From contig MNCI01000268.1 in NCBI GenBank assembly GCA_015680685.1, forward strand, positions 28,424-92,423: a stretch of DNA of 64,000 nucleotides, in the 5' to 3' direction. This DNA comes from Gnetum montanum. Its lineage: Eukaryota > Plantae > Gnetophyta. Position numbers and translations under genes: made by a program. Shown here piece by piece: positions 24,790-37,789 of this stretch; the stretch's first letter is position 1; every line of letters begins with the position of its first letter. A model generated the notes under the pieces. It ran no database searches and was not told where the DNA came from. It was given only the letters and a program-made list of their open reading frames with translations.

Positions 24790-26324
24790 TGTAACAACGG
24801 AGAACATCAATCGTTGGAAATACTGAACGGAGTTCTGTGTACACAGTTCCAACCCTGGATCCGTGCGAGGGCCGTGCTGGAGAAGACAAATCTGAGGTGC
24901 CTTGAACGGTCTTGTCGATCAGACAGGGACTTACTTAATCAGTAAAATTTTGTAATAACTAGATGGAAAAATGATGATTTCAATAAGGAGATATAATATT
25001 GTTAATCTCGAAGGTAATTGAGAGTGATGTAAACGATTCAAAGCGATTGCAAAATCTATATAGATAGGATGCAAGAAACCAGATTTAAAGAGTGTGCAAT
25101 CCCGAGATCTGGGATTTAGTTTATAAACAAAATATGTTGGATACAATGATTACAGGTGGACTTCGGTTTAGATGAAGCACGTGCTAATAACAGGAAAGTT
25201 ATTTAAAGATAAAACAAGCAAAGGTCGATCTACCTTGTTCTAGCCAATCTGGGCATAAGGGAGTCAAACCTGAAGCAGAATATCCGTTAACTGGCTATTT
25301 CTGATCAAAGATTCTTGCCAATCACCTTCGATGTTCTTACAATCGTTGATCCTCTTTTGCTCTCTTGTCAATCTTTGCCAAAAGTTGTCAACAATTGCCA
25401 ATGAAAGAAAATTGCTCACGGAGAAAATTTGCTAATCGAGAAAGATTTTTGCCAACCCTTTGATCCTTGTCAACTAGAGTATTTAAAATTTTAGGGTCAG
25501 GAGAAAAATGTGGTTTAGATGACGCGTGTTCTGAACCTGCAAAATGCCGTTGACTTGATGTGTTCATGTTTGAAGCTTGCGGTGCTATGTTGCATTACGC
25601 TTTGAAGCGTAATGTGTCATAATCTACTTTTGCTGGAGCTTTAGCAACAAACTGTTCTGCAGTTATGCTGTAATATACTAGAGAGCGTATTGTGACGTAT
25701 GAGCTGCTGATGCCTGAATTGTATTATCTCTGTTGTTGCTTGTATTATGCTGCATCATGCTACATTACGGTGCATAGCGTAATTCAGCGTAAGATAGTGA
25801 ACCTGCAAAATGTTGAAGTGTTGTTGCTGTGCTTCCCTTGTTTTTGTTCTATCTTTCTGGGATTTATTACACTACACTGTGTAATGTAGCGTAATAGGCC
25901 CTTAGCCAAAAAAAGGAAAACTTGCTGAGATGTGCGACTTGTTGTAGATCCTTGCTTGAGCCTTGAGGTTTTGCTAGATCATTGAGGTCTCAAATTTTGC
26001 TATCTCCGTTGTTGTGACTAGATGGATTGTCTTATGGCATTACGCTGCGTTACACTACATTATGCTGTGTTGCATAATGCGGTGTAATATGCTAAAAGTT
26101 AAAATTTTCGAAACATAGTTAACTTGCATAGTTGGAGACTTACCATTGTGCACCCCTTGTCTTTGTTCTGTCCTCTAGAGTCTATTACACTGCACTGCAT
26201 AGTGTGGTGTAACAGACCCTTAGCTGAAAAGGGAACTTGCTGAATCACGACTTGTTGTAAATCCTTGCATGAGTCGCAAGATTTTGCTAAACCGTTGAGG
26301 CCTCAAAATTTTCATAGTGTTTCA
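24790..26324 (-). repeat. Element A 5' LTR
   Basis: Direct repeat of 8445-9979, with the PBS on the inner side and the TSD on the outer side. Confidence 0.95.
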
Positions 26325-26627
26325 GTCATAATTTTTAGTGCAAAGCTATTTAGTCTTTTTAGAATGAACATATCAAGTTTAGCTATTCATCTAAGCTATG
26401 ATAGAAAAATATAATGATACCTGAAGTGTAATTTCAATTAGCAACCTCATATCTAATAAGACAATGAGCTAACCACTTAAGCCACCTACCTTCTATTATG
26501 AACTAAGATATTGAGGGGGAACCTAAAAAAAGAATAATAATTTTAAAAACATTTCAGATCAACAACATAGAAGATAGTTTTTTTAAAAAAAGCCCAACAA
26601 TTTTGGAGATACTTTTTTGAGCATTTA

Positions 26628-26963
26628 AGTGTGATCATTTGGTAACCCAATAGTGGTTTCACTTGATCCACTTAATAGTGAACTCACTTGGTAATCCCAA
26701 TAATGATTACACGAGCCCAAGGCGTGAACTACAAGCTAGGAATAGATACTTATTGCTCTAGGCTAGATTAGATTCATTTACCATTTTTCTTAAACTTAGA
26801 ACCATTTTCACACTTTACTGTCATAGCTAGGAGTTATGGTCTACCAAAATCAACCTATCATACACCTCACTAAGAGCTAAACCAAACACATTGATTATAC
26901 TAGCTCCACGTGGGAAGACAATGACTCTGAACTTTAATCAATTACTAGCATAATCACATTGCC
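26628..26963 (+). repeat. Left part of an Athila-like LTR copy interrupted by the caulimovirid insertion
   Basis: Collinear 336-bp similarity to 51523-51858. Confidence 0.85.
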
Positions 26964-29900
26964 ATACCATCCCTTGCTTGGATCTGACATTGGCAAGAGT
27001 TGGTATAGCAATGTGATATCTTTTTACCATCTATGTATTTAGTACTGAAATCAAAATTTTCTAGAAAAAGTGCTCATCTAATGAGCCTAGTACAGGAAAC
27101 TTTATTAAGAGCTCTAGAACATAGGTATTTATCAAAGTGTTTGAGATCAATTTTGATAATAAAATGAACATTTTGTAAAAATAATCTAAATTTCTCAATA
27201 CCCTTAACAATAGCTAGTAATTCTCTATGGGTACTGTGATAATTTCGTTGTGCAGCAGAAAATTTACCTGAAGCATACCTGCAAATTCTGATTACATTAT
27301 TCTTTTGTTCTTTCAAGGCAGCACCCTAGAATTCTGATGAAGTGTCTATTTCTAGAATTAATGCGCCATTTGTAGGTAGCTGTAATCTTGGGAGGTTTTT
27401 GCATTGATGCTTAGTTTGAACTCTGGTTTCTATATGTTATTTTATCCGAGGAGGATTCTGACTAAGTTGTTCATTTAGTAGTTTTCTATCCTTGGCAAGG
27501 TTTTTGTAAAACCTTGATACATAACTTATGCATCCTAAAAATTATTGTAATTGGGTTTTATCCTTTATTTCATCAGGAAATTTTCTTAAGGATTCAAGGA
27601 TGTTGTCTTGCAATGTTATAGTCCCTTGGGTAATCTGTAAGTCTAAGAATTCTATTGAGTTTTTTGCAAGTTGCATCTTTGTGGGAGAAAGTACTAGTCC
27701 ATTTTCATCTACTATTTTTCTGAATATTTCTAAATGTTCTAGCTATTGCTTTGGATTTTTACTCATAACTAACATATCATCAATGTAAATCATAATAAAG
27801 GAAAATCTAGTAAAGACTTGATCCATATAGTTTTGAAAGATAAAAGGTGCAGTTTTTATGTTGAAAGGTAAGATTGTTCATTCATATAGTTCTTCGGATA
27901 TGGTGAAGGTAGTTTTCTAATGATCTTGAGGTTCTACTTGTATCTACCAGAAACCAAATTTTAAATCAAATTTGAATAAATATTTGTATGGAGGAATCTT
28001 TGGAACAAATCATCTTTATTGCGTATAGGATGCTGGACAGGTTTTACAAGGTCATTTAAGGGTTTATAATTGACCACTAATCTTTTTTTTTTACCTTAGA
28101 CCTGTTCTAATCTCTTATTAACATAAAAGGTTACATAAGCAAACATGCTGGTACTTGATTGTATTAGCTTTTTATCTAAGAGAGTCTCAATCTCTTCATC
28201 ACATTCTTTCTTTAAGCTTGGTGGCATGCATATATGGTGAGCTTTTGCTTTTATCTTAATGTTGTCTTTGAACTCAATTCTACACTAGTGTCCCTTTTTA
28301 TGCCTAAAAGCAGTGGGATCATCATTGGCTAATTTTAAGAGATCTTCCTATATTTTGGTAAACTTATTTTCTATTTTCTTAATGTTATTCACTATCCATG
28401 GGGTTTTAATGGGTTTCCTTTGTTCTCATGCTTGGAACCTACTTTTGTAGAGGTTTTTCCTAGAGAATCTTTCTCTTGATAGTAATAAGTAAGATCTCCC
28501 TATCGTATATAGTTCTAGGCCTTGGAGATTATTAGTTCCTATGAAAAGATCATAAGATCTTATCTCATAGTGACAAACCTTTAATTGTAAGGTTTTACCT
28601 TGGGATGTTCTAACAGGGATTATGAATTTATATTTCAAGGCTACCTTTTAGGTATTGAGCATTACATATGTTTTTTCTTTTTTCTTCCAAAAGTAAAAAG
28701 GTATTATATTCCGTTGAGCAAGTGAAACTTCAGCATTGCTATCTATAAGGGCATCTATGGGGTATGGCTTATAACCTTCAAATTTCATAAAGAATGTGCA
28801 AATAGGAAGATTAATTATTCTATTGTTATTATTTACTATATTAATAGGCATAGCCTGTGTCTCTTCTTGATAGTATTTTCTCTGGTAGCTTTCTTCTATT
28901 TTCTAAAGCTCGTAGAGTTCTTGAGAAGTTTGTTGTATGTATTTCTTTAATTGTGTTATCTGTTGGGTTCACATAAGAGACTCATCTAATGAAGGTATTC
29001 TTTGGGTCTATTTCTCACTTTCAGATGATTCTTCTATATTATGTTCTAAGGTTGTTTCTGATTCTTTCTGCATCTCAAGATACTTGAACCAACTTTCTTC
29101 TATCAAGAATTGATGTTCTTCTAGTTCCTGCTTCTTTTTAGTTATTTTACGCTTTAAAGACATTATTTTAGAGACTTGATCTTATTGTTTTTATAATCTT
29201 ACTACTTCTTGTTTTATTATTTTGTAGGTTAGGTCTCTTTTTATAGGATCTACATCAATTGTATCTAGAGGTCTCTTAGATAGATCTGGTTTCTCTTCTC
29301 TACTATATCTAGACGAAGTTTTGCATGTCTAGATCTAGGGGTTTCTAGGTGTCTTAAAGGTTGATGTATGTTCATGTTGTAGTACAAGACATTATCATCA
29401 AAATCATCAAAATTTCCTACATCTTCCCCCATTTTCAAAAGAGGTAGCCATTGGATTAGAGTCACTGACATAATAATTTGAATATTCATTGGATTCAATG
29501 TAAATGTCACCAAGAGAAAAAGGTGTAGAGGGATCAAGAGTAAAATCATAGTATTACTCAAAAAGATTATAATGTTCTATGAAATTCACTTACCTAGAAT
29601 GCTTGTCTTTATGTGGACATTCATGTGCAAAGTGATTTCCTTTACAAACAAAACATTTAACATCTTTCTTTGGGAGTTTATGTTATCAACATTTAAACAT
29701 TCCTCAAAAGATTTAGTTGGAGAGGACTTTTGTTGCCATCATTTCTTTGAATAATTACTACATTTATGCTTGTGAGAATAACACTAAGATTTTGATGTGT
29801 TTTCAAATTGATTTTTAGGACATATGTCATTCCAGAAAGACTTTCCAAGTTTATGACCTATTCGTTTCATGAGAGATTGAGCTCTCATATCATGACATAG

Positions 29901-30751
29901 ATCTCTATTTATGTATATTATTAATTTTCTAATTGCACTAAAACTCATATAATCTATACCTCTATCTAGCATTTTTATTTCTGCTTGATACATCTCACAG
30001 AAAGGTTGTGGCATCGATCTTGAAAGATGTTCTTTAGCAGATTGATCATGAGTTAATTTACCACAATAATACCATTCTTCCATCGTATCTAAATATGTAG
30101 AGACATTTTGTATTTTATGTAATCGAGCTTTAAAGAACATATCTCTATATGGATCAATATGTTCATTTTTACTACCTATAAATTCTTTAGTTATTGCATT
30201 TATAAATAAAATTGTAGGGCTAGTTAGCAACTTCTTTTTGATGTATGGATCAATATAGTTCCACCATCTTTTCAAATTGCTAACAAAATTGAATACACAA
30301 TTTTGGATAGCATGCTTAGAAATTTTTTTGTCAAGAATAACTTGACAGTCAATGAAACCATTTATCCAATCTAAGACAACTTGTCATTATGGTATAGATA
30401 ATTTATCCATACTAAATTTACAATCTTTTTCACTAATCATTCTAGAAGAGACTTGTGGATATACCTCAGGTGCTTGGGTGTATAGTTAAGGATTTCTTAG
30501 AAGTTCTTCCTCATTTGAATCAAGCTTGGTTTTCTGGTCATCAAAATTTATAGCCATTGCTTGAGAAGATCCTTCATTAGCATTGATTTTGGATTTTCCT
30601 TTATCCCTTATTGTGGATTTGTTTCTACATTTTGGTAAAGGAGAATCAACATTTGTGCCATATTTAGGAATTCTTGGATCAAGGAGTTGTACTGTTGTTT
30701 TAGGGACCCATTGTTTTTAGAGATTTTTAACTCATTCTTTAGTTTTTAGAG
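26964..30751 (-). mobile_element. Endogenous caulimovirid (pararetrovirus), 3' part: capsid, aspartic protease, RT, RNase H; degenerate
   Basis: CP-like 29784-30275 with zinc knuckle KCFVCKGNHFAHECP (~29614-29658). Protease ALIDSNAEVSL (28648-28851) and YDLFIGTNNL. RT IYIDDML (~27770-27790). RNase H ICRYASGKFSAAQRNYHSTHRELLAIVKGIEKF (27074-27316). No integrase. Confidence 0.9.
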
Positions 30752-32260
30752 TGAAACACCACAAAATTTCGAGCTTAGTACTTCTCCAACAAGAATCGAG
30801 CTAAGTCATGATGTTCCCCAGCATGGCTAAAGCTTGAAGGCTCCACAGACAGCTTCAAGCGAAGTCGAACTCAACAAGGAGCAGTTCCCTGGGACCCACT
30901 GATAACCACGACAACATCTGCTATCAAACATTGCAACTTCGGAGCTTAAGGTACTTAGTTTTCACTAAGTATGCATTCTCGGCGTATACGCCCAGCGTAT
31001 ATGCCCAACATCTACAGCGTATATGCCCAGCGTATACGCCTCACATATACGTCCACCATATACACTCGGCATGCAATCCCCAAAGACGACATGGAAACAG
31101 CATTTCAGAGCAAGGTTTGATACAAGGCATCAATTCACACAAACAGAGTATTCATCAGATGTTGACATCATGCATCCTGAAGTCTATACGCTGAGCATGT
31201 ACATCCTGCACGTCCAGCGTATACGCCTAGCAGACACAGCGTATACGCCCAGCAAGCCCAGCATATATGCCCAGCATATACGCTCAGCAGACACAACGTA
31301 TACGCCCAGCGTATATGCTTAGTAGACACAGCGAATACGCTTAGCGTATACGCTCAGCAGGTACAAAGTGTCAAATCAAGGTCAACCGAGCTAAACACCT
31401 ACAAGCAACATTTTCATGGCATCTGAATTCAAATCTAAAGACCGAAAGACTTCTTTTGCTTTAATCAAGTCTATACGCCCAGCGTATATGTTGAGCGTAT
31501 ATGTCGAGGTCATACGTCCAACCTGTATACGCTGGCGTACAGCAATATACGCTAGCGTATAACTGTATACGCTGGTGTACAGCATGCTGAACACTTGTAA
31601 ATTTCATTCTTTTGCACTTGGTCAACACGCCACGTGTCACCCAACCTGAGTCTAGCGTCTAAACCTGTATAAAAATCCCAATTTTGCATTAGAACGAGGT
31701 TGGCAATTTTGAACAAACCAGAGAGAGAGAAAAATAGAGACGCTAAGAACCAGAGCAGAGAACCTTGTACGCTAGACCTCAACCTTGTACGCTGAGCATA
31801 GAGCCTCTACACTGTGCCTACAGTTTGAACCAGCACACAGTCATCCCTGCATCCACCAGGGCTATTCGTCCGCCTTGTGTGAAAGCCACAACTACGTTAG
31901 ACCGGTGCATTGTAATTCTCACTTTGCAATAATATTACTGCATTTGCTTCCTAAAGTCTATTATAGTTTTTCATTAATTGTTGCATGTTTACTGTTTATG
32001 CCATCATACGTTTATGCTCTGTTTACGCTATTTACGTTTCGTTTTACATCTGTTACGCCGTTCACATATAACCCAGCGTATAGCACCTCGGTGTACGTTT
32101 GGGGAAATCCTTGCCTGATCCGCGTGCGAACCACTCAAGGTACTCTACCTTTGTCAATTCCAGCTTGTCCTCAAGTGAAGGTAGGGTCTTCTGTGCGTGT
32201 CCGGAGATCTCCCGGTATCTGTTTCCTTCCAGCCAGAGACCGACGATTTCGGACAGTACA
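30752..32260 (+). repeat. Element B 5' LTR, rich in GCGTATACGC repeats
   Basis: Direct repeat of 47936-49438. Contains a G-box (GCCACGTGTC, ~31629) and TATAAAA (~31668). Confidence 0.95.
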
Positions 32261-32265
32261 GAAAT

Positions 32266-32283
32266 TGGCACTAGAAGGAGGGC
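32266..32283 (+). other. Element B primer binding site (tRNA-Asn-like)
   Basis: TGGCACTAGAAGGAGGGC begins 5 nt after the LTR end and is the same type as in element A. Confidence 0.8.
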
Positions 32284-32961
32284 TAACTGCTTAAAACTTA
32301 CTGTAATTCAGAAACTCTCAACGTCTACACTGTTGAGTATACGAGATCCCTGTCCATAGAACTCCCAGCATCTACGCTACTGAATACAAGCTGACCCTGT
32401 CTACAAAATCCCCAGCGTCTACGCTATTGAGTTTAGGAGCTCCCGACGTCTACACTACTGACTATACGTTGACTCTGTCTGCAAAATCCTCAGCATCTAT
32501 GCTGCTGAGTTTATGCCGACTGTCTGAAAACTTCCTAGCTTCTACACTGTCGAGCATCTACACTGCTGAGTTTACACCTGTCTGCAAAATTCCCAGCGTC
32601 TACACCATTCCATTTACGCCACACGCTCTATGCCGTAGATGCGTCTATGCTGTTCAGCATACGCTGCACACTATACGCTCTAGACTTTGTCTATGCCATT
32701 TCGTTTACGCTACATGCCGTACACTGTAGACTTTGCTTATGCTGCTGCATTTACGCTGCATTCTCTACGCCTTAGACTTCGCCTACGTTGCTGCGTTTAC
32801 ACTGCACTCTCTACGTTGTAGACTTTGTCTACGCTGCACTCTCTACGCTATAGACTTTGTCTACGCTGTGCACTCTACACTGTAGACCTTGTCTACGCTG
32901 CTGACGTACTAGTATACCAGTTTCATACCCTTTTATTGTATTATATTCTCAATTGTTCATC

Positions 32962-35900
32962 ATGAACACCGCAAACTCCAACATTGTAACCAAGCCAGTC
33001 ACAGACATCGTAGGCACCATGGCTGTTCAACAACCAGTGGTACAACCCCCTGTGGGGCCTCACCAGTCTCTTAGACTATAAGGAAAAAATCCATCATTTA
33101 ACCTCATACCCTAGGACCAATACAATTTCATATGCGTGAAAATACAAGCAGGCCTAACCATGGACCAAACTGAGATGGAGACCAAAAGACAATACGAATT
33201 ATTTTACAGAGGAGGACATGAGTTCATCCCTTCACCATACGATATCATTCCTCTCCTTGAGCATTACTCTGAGCTCTTACTATTAAAAAATCAACCCCTA
33301 GACCACTCCGTGGCAAATCCTCAATTGGAAAAGGAGGACGACTTTGTAGCTCAATCCGAGCACGAAGATTCGTACCACACCCTTAGCCCACAAACTTATA
33401 CAAACCCGTCGTTTCACCCATTCACGGGAGAAACTACGTCCCTCCAGCCATTCAAAATCATGCAAGCACATGTGCCTCAACAAGAGGCACCCACTCTCAT
33501 CCTGATTCCTCCAGTGACCGATGTTGAAGTCAACACGCTTCCCCTCGCAATTCCCACTGCGGCCATAGTACCCCCGTTCTTACAAATGCAGCCTCCTCAA
33601 AATAATGTAGGAGTGACCCTCCCGCCCCGAGTGATCGGGATGCTGCACGTAATACCGGCCTCTACATCCACTAATTACATACTGCGGATCCCAACCCAAG
33701 GAACATCCTTCACAACAGTAACCCAACAAGTTCAGGGGATTCCAACACAAAACATGATCGGGCAATGTACAGCGATTGGTGCCTAATCACATCAACCCCC
33801 TCATTATAACATACCACCTCACACAATCTTACAAGCTAATATTCCTCAAGGACAACCACAACAATAGCAACCCCCTGCCTACAATATGCCGCCCCAGATA
33901 TTGCCTGCTATAAATATTCCGCAAGTGCAGCCCCCAACTACACAGCTTTCAGCCTTCCAACCCACTATTCAACAATCTAATCTGTATACTACACAATATC
34001 CCCAACCTGCCATCTCACCTAGCACTCAAGACTAGGCTGATGCTAAAAAACTAATGCAGGAACTAACTGACGAGGTCAAACGCCTCAAGACAGCCATCGA
34101 CTGAGAGTTGAAGGTAGTGGACTTTTATCACGATGATCCCATCAGCTCTTCCGTTCCGCCCCTAACTTTACCCAGGGGTGTATCTTTGCTGATGCTAACT
34201 AAGTATAATGGGGAGACAGACCCCAACGCTCACCTCGTAATGTTTAGATTAGAATGCACACTACTCCAGGCATGGCCACATGCCATTTTACAAGTGTTTC
34301 CTATGTCCCTTGCAGGGAGAGCACTTGATTGGTATCGGGCCTTGCCATGGAATTCAATATCTTCTCTGGAAGATTTATTGCATCAATTCGTCACCAGGTT
34401 CAAGTATAACTTGAAGCCTGAGGCAACACTAGACAACCTCATACAGGTCAAATAAGCACCCCTTGACCCTGTTCAGAAATTCATCCAGTGGTGGAGTGCT
34501 GCTCTCAACGAACTTCACGAGCTAATCCCAGAGACATACCTCCTCACAATTCTAAAAGGGGTTGTCAAGGACTTCGTCAAATCCAAACTGTATTATCTTA
34601 GTGCACGTAATCTGAGTCAAGCGTTTGTACAAATCAAGAGCATAGAGGAGGCAGCGCAAAATAGTCATGATCCTGCATATTTAGCCTTTAAGAACTAACA
34701 CAATAAAAAAGATAAAGAAAAGGTTAAAACAACTATAGCAGCGTTAGCAGAAACACAACAAGCAAACATGGGACAACAAAGCAAACCGCTTGTTGCCCTT
34801 GCTAATTACACTAAACCTACTCCCGCGACTGCACCAGAATCATCCTCGTCACAGAACCCAACACCGAATCATACGAGAAACTTTGAGAGGAAGGACCCCT
34901 CTCAATACACACCACTACCCATGAAACCATCGCAGCTGTTCGACTAACTCCTGAAGGCTAGATTACTGAAACATAAACAGTTGTCCCTTACAGCGATCTA
35001 GAGGCACGATCGGTTCTGTCAACTGGTTCAGAACCCAAGCCTAGTAACGCCAGATGAGTCCCCAGTGCCAAAAGGCTTTAGAATGGACCGTTTCTACGAT
35101 TATCATCAACGTAATGAGCATGGCATGGATTACTGTTTCACCCTAAAATAAGACATCCAATGAATGATCGATGGTGGTCAGATCACCTTTGATGAAGCCA
35201 ACCCGGTCCAACCACAAAACCAAGCCATGGGTGTGTATAAAGATCCTCTAAATACCAAAGAGGCACCGTACATGATCAACACAATCTACCTTGATAACGA
35301 ACCTGAAACACCTAGCATTAACACTGTCTATTCTGATTGTAAGCAGCAAACACCTAATAAACCATTCGTAGTGCGTATTCCTCCCACTGTACAAACATCC
35401 GTGCCTCAACCTTCATGCCCCCCACAGTAACCTTATGTCATATGAATTTCCCCTGCCGTAGCAACTCCTAACACCTCTACACGTGAAAAACCATATGTGG
35501 TGCGCATACCTCCCGCCGTTACTGCCAACAACTCACCAACCCCTCCTATTCGGCCTGCCCCCTACATAGTCCGAGTACCACCCGCGGTCGCAACAACGGA
35601 GGTACAACCTCTAGCTAGGCCGACTCCATACGTCGTTAGGACACCCCAGCATCCTAGTGATAACCAATCCACCACTTCGTAAACAAACAATAAACCTAGC
35701 CCTTATGTCATCAAGGTGCCCAGCCAACCTGACACTCAACTGCATGTAACCGTCCAATCGCAATCCCACCCGAGTCCATACGTAGTACGAATCCCAAAAC
35801 AGCGTGAGGCTCTGAAATCAATTGCACCCCCACGCCACACATGAGAAGCTTAGTGGATAAGCTTACACCCGAACGCTTGGAGAAGGAGCGTCAATGGCTA

Positions 35901-37145
35901 GCCTTAGGACCTCCTAAACCTATCCCATTAAATGCAATGCCCATGACACCACCTAACGATAAACCAAACACAGGCCATGAGGGTGAATCATCCAGAAAAC
36001 ATGATACGTCTAAATCAATGATTTCGGGCAAAAACGACAAACCAACAATGCATGAAATAAAACTGTTGGGCCCAATGGACCAAATCACTACCGACAAACA
36101 TACGCCCAACAGTAGAGACCTAGCAACAGCCCTAACACAAGTCATGCAAGCACTCAAACAAAAGAATACTTCGCTGAGCTTATATGACCTAATTTTAACA
36201 TCGCAAACCCATCGCGAAGCTTTAGTGCGCATGTTAACAACTATCCCAGTGAGTGAGGACTTGCCTCCAAATGAACCTTCAATTCATGCAGTAATGTACT
36301 GGCCTCAAGGGTCAACTTCCAAGCCACTAAGTTTCCACAATGACAATATCAAGTTGGATGAGAAAACGGGAGAGGTAACAACAGCCCCTATGTTCATAAC
36401 AATACGAGTAAACCAATTCAAGATACATAGGGTTCATGTAGATGATGGAGCTGCCACAAATGTAGTGCCATATCCCATTGTTGAATAACTAGGACTTACA
36501 GAGCTAATCAAACCAACTGCCACCACATGTTTGAAGTCATTCAGCGGATTGCGTGTGATAGTCAAAGGCACCGTGACTTTAGACTTCATAGCAGGGGATC
36601 AGTTCCCCATATTCGCCGACTTTGTCGTAATCCATGAAATGCCAGGGTTCAACCTAATATTGGGAAGGCCTTGGCTAGCCCAACTAAAAGCAGTCTCTTC
36701 CCCTATACACTAAGAGATTCACCTGCCTTATGAAGGTGGCAAAATCGTTATACACGGGGAGGCTGCTACACCCATCATCTCATCGTACATAGACATAGAC
36801 CAAGGCTCAGAGGTTAAGCTCGAAGATCTTGGACAACACGACATAAATGAACAACAACTGGTAGGCGATAATCCTTTAAACACAAAAGAAAATCCACCCA
36901 AAATAGAAATACCCGGGCCTAACATCATACATACGCAGCCTCACTTAGAAACTGCAACTGACACAGAAACCACAATACCTGCAGAAGCGCAAGAAAACAC
37001 TAACGCAGGAACAATTCCATCAGACATCCCTTGGGCTGAATTACCATTCAACGTGATCAACGAAGGGGACGCTAAATATAGAATCATACCCGCTAACGCA
37101 TCTCCTAATGTTAAAATGAGAAAAATAAAAAAATTATTAAACTAA
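32962..37145 (+). pseudogene. gag: Element B gag-protease ORF, degenerate; frame ends at TAA 37143-37145
   Basis: Gag: KYNGETDPNAHL, ALDWYRALP, QFVTRFKYN. Protease: VHVDDGAATNV and FNLILGRPWL. Collinear with element A gag-PR. Confidence 0.9.
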
Positions 37146-37156
37146 TAAACAACAAG

Positions 37157-37412
37157 CTGTCCGAGATGACGTTAAACTACAACAAGTCCGAAAAGACATT
37201 AAACTATATTCCAAGTCCGGAATGACGTGAAACTATCATGTCTGCAATGACATAAACTAGCCACGATCAGAAATGGTCGGTCAACCGAGAAACCCACCTG
37301 TGTCATTTGAAACATCCCTTGCTTACGCTGGGGTTTGAAATGGCCTTAAACTACGCATGTGGCTTGAAATGGCCTTAAACTAGTGCGACTGTCCCGAAAT
37401 GGCCTTAAACTA
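37157..37412 (+). repeat. Hairpin-AAACT motif array right after the element B gag-PR stop
   Basis: TGTC-CGAGAT-GACG-TT-AAACT, GTC-CGAAAA-GAC-ATT-AAACT, GTC-CGGAAT-GAC-GTG-AAACT, GGCT-TGAAAT-GGCC-TT-AAACT. Confidence 0.8.
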
Positions 37413-37789
37413 GATCATCCATTGATACTTCCTTTTTCTCCCAAATTCTAGTTCACTGTTTGAATTCACGCTTGCATCAACAATTTTCGCAATTATCTTT
37501 CACTTATGATTACAGTCCTACTTATAATTACATTCGTGCACTACACTTAAGCTACCAAAACAAACCAAAACATTTTATATTGTCGTGTCATGTTTACATT
37601 TAAACCCAAAATCCATAACAAATAATAATAATAATAATAATAAAATATAAGTAAAAATTATGTATAGATACATGTAATGATGTACAATTACAAGAGTCAA
37701 TTGATTTCATTCATCCGTCCAATACAACTCAAATCATTCAATTTACAATTGACGTAAGAATGTGAGCTAGAATAATTTCAAAGCAAAGA

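Larger units (their letters stand above)
8445..26324 (-). mobile_element. Element A: full-length degenerate Ty3/Gypsy Tat-type LTR retrotransposon (gag-PR, antisense gene, RT-RH-aRH-INT)
   Basis: Paired 1535-bp LTRs (TG...CA), 5-bp TSD GTCAT at 8440-8444 and 26325-26329, PBS, PPT, and gag/pol domains on the minus strand. Confidence 0.96.

Noticed and set aside
30931-32729. Multiple 70-170 aa ORFs in the element B LTRs and leader (also 48153-49451 and 41517-42190)
   Set aside because: They arise from TACGC-rich repeats, have no recognisable domains, and recur only because the LTR is duplicated.
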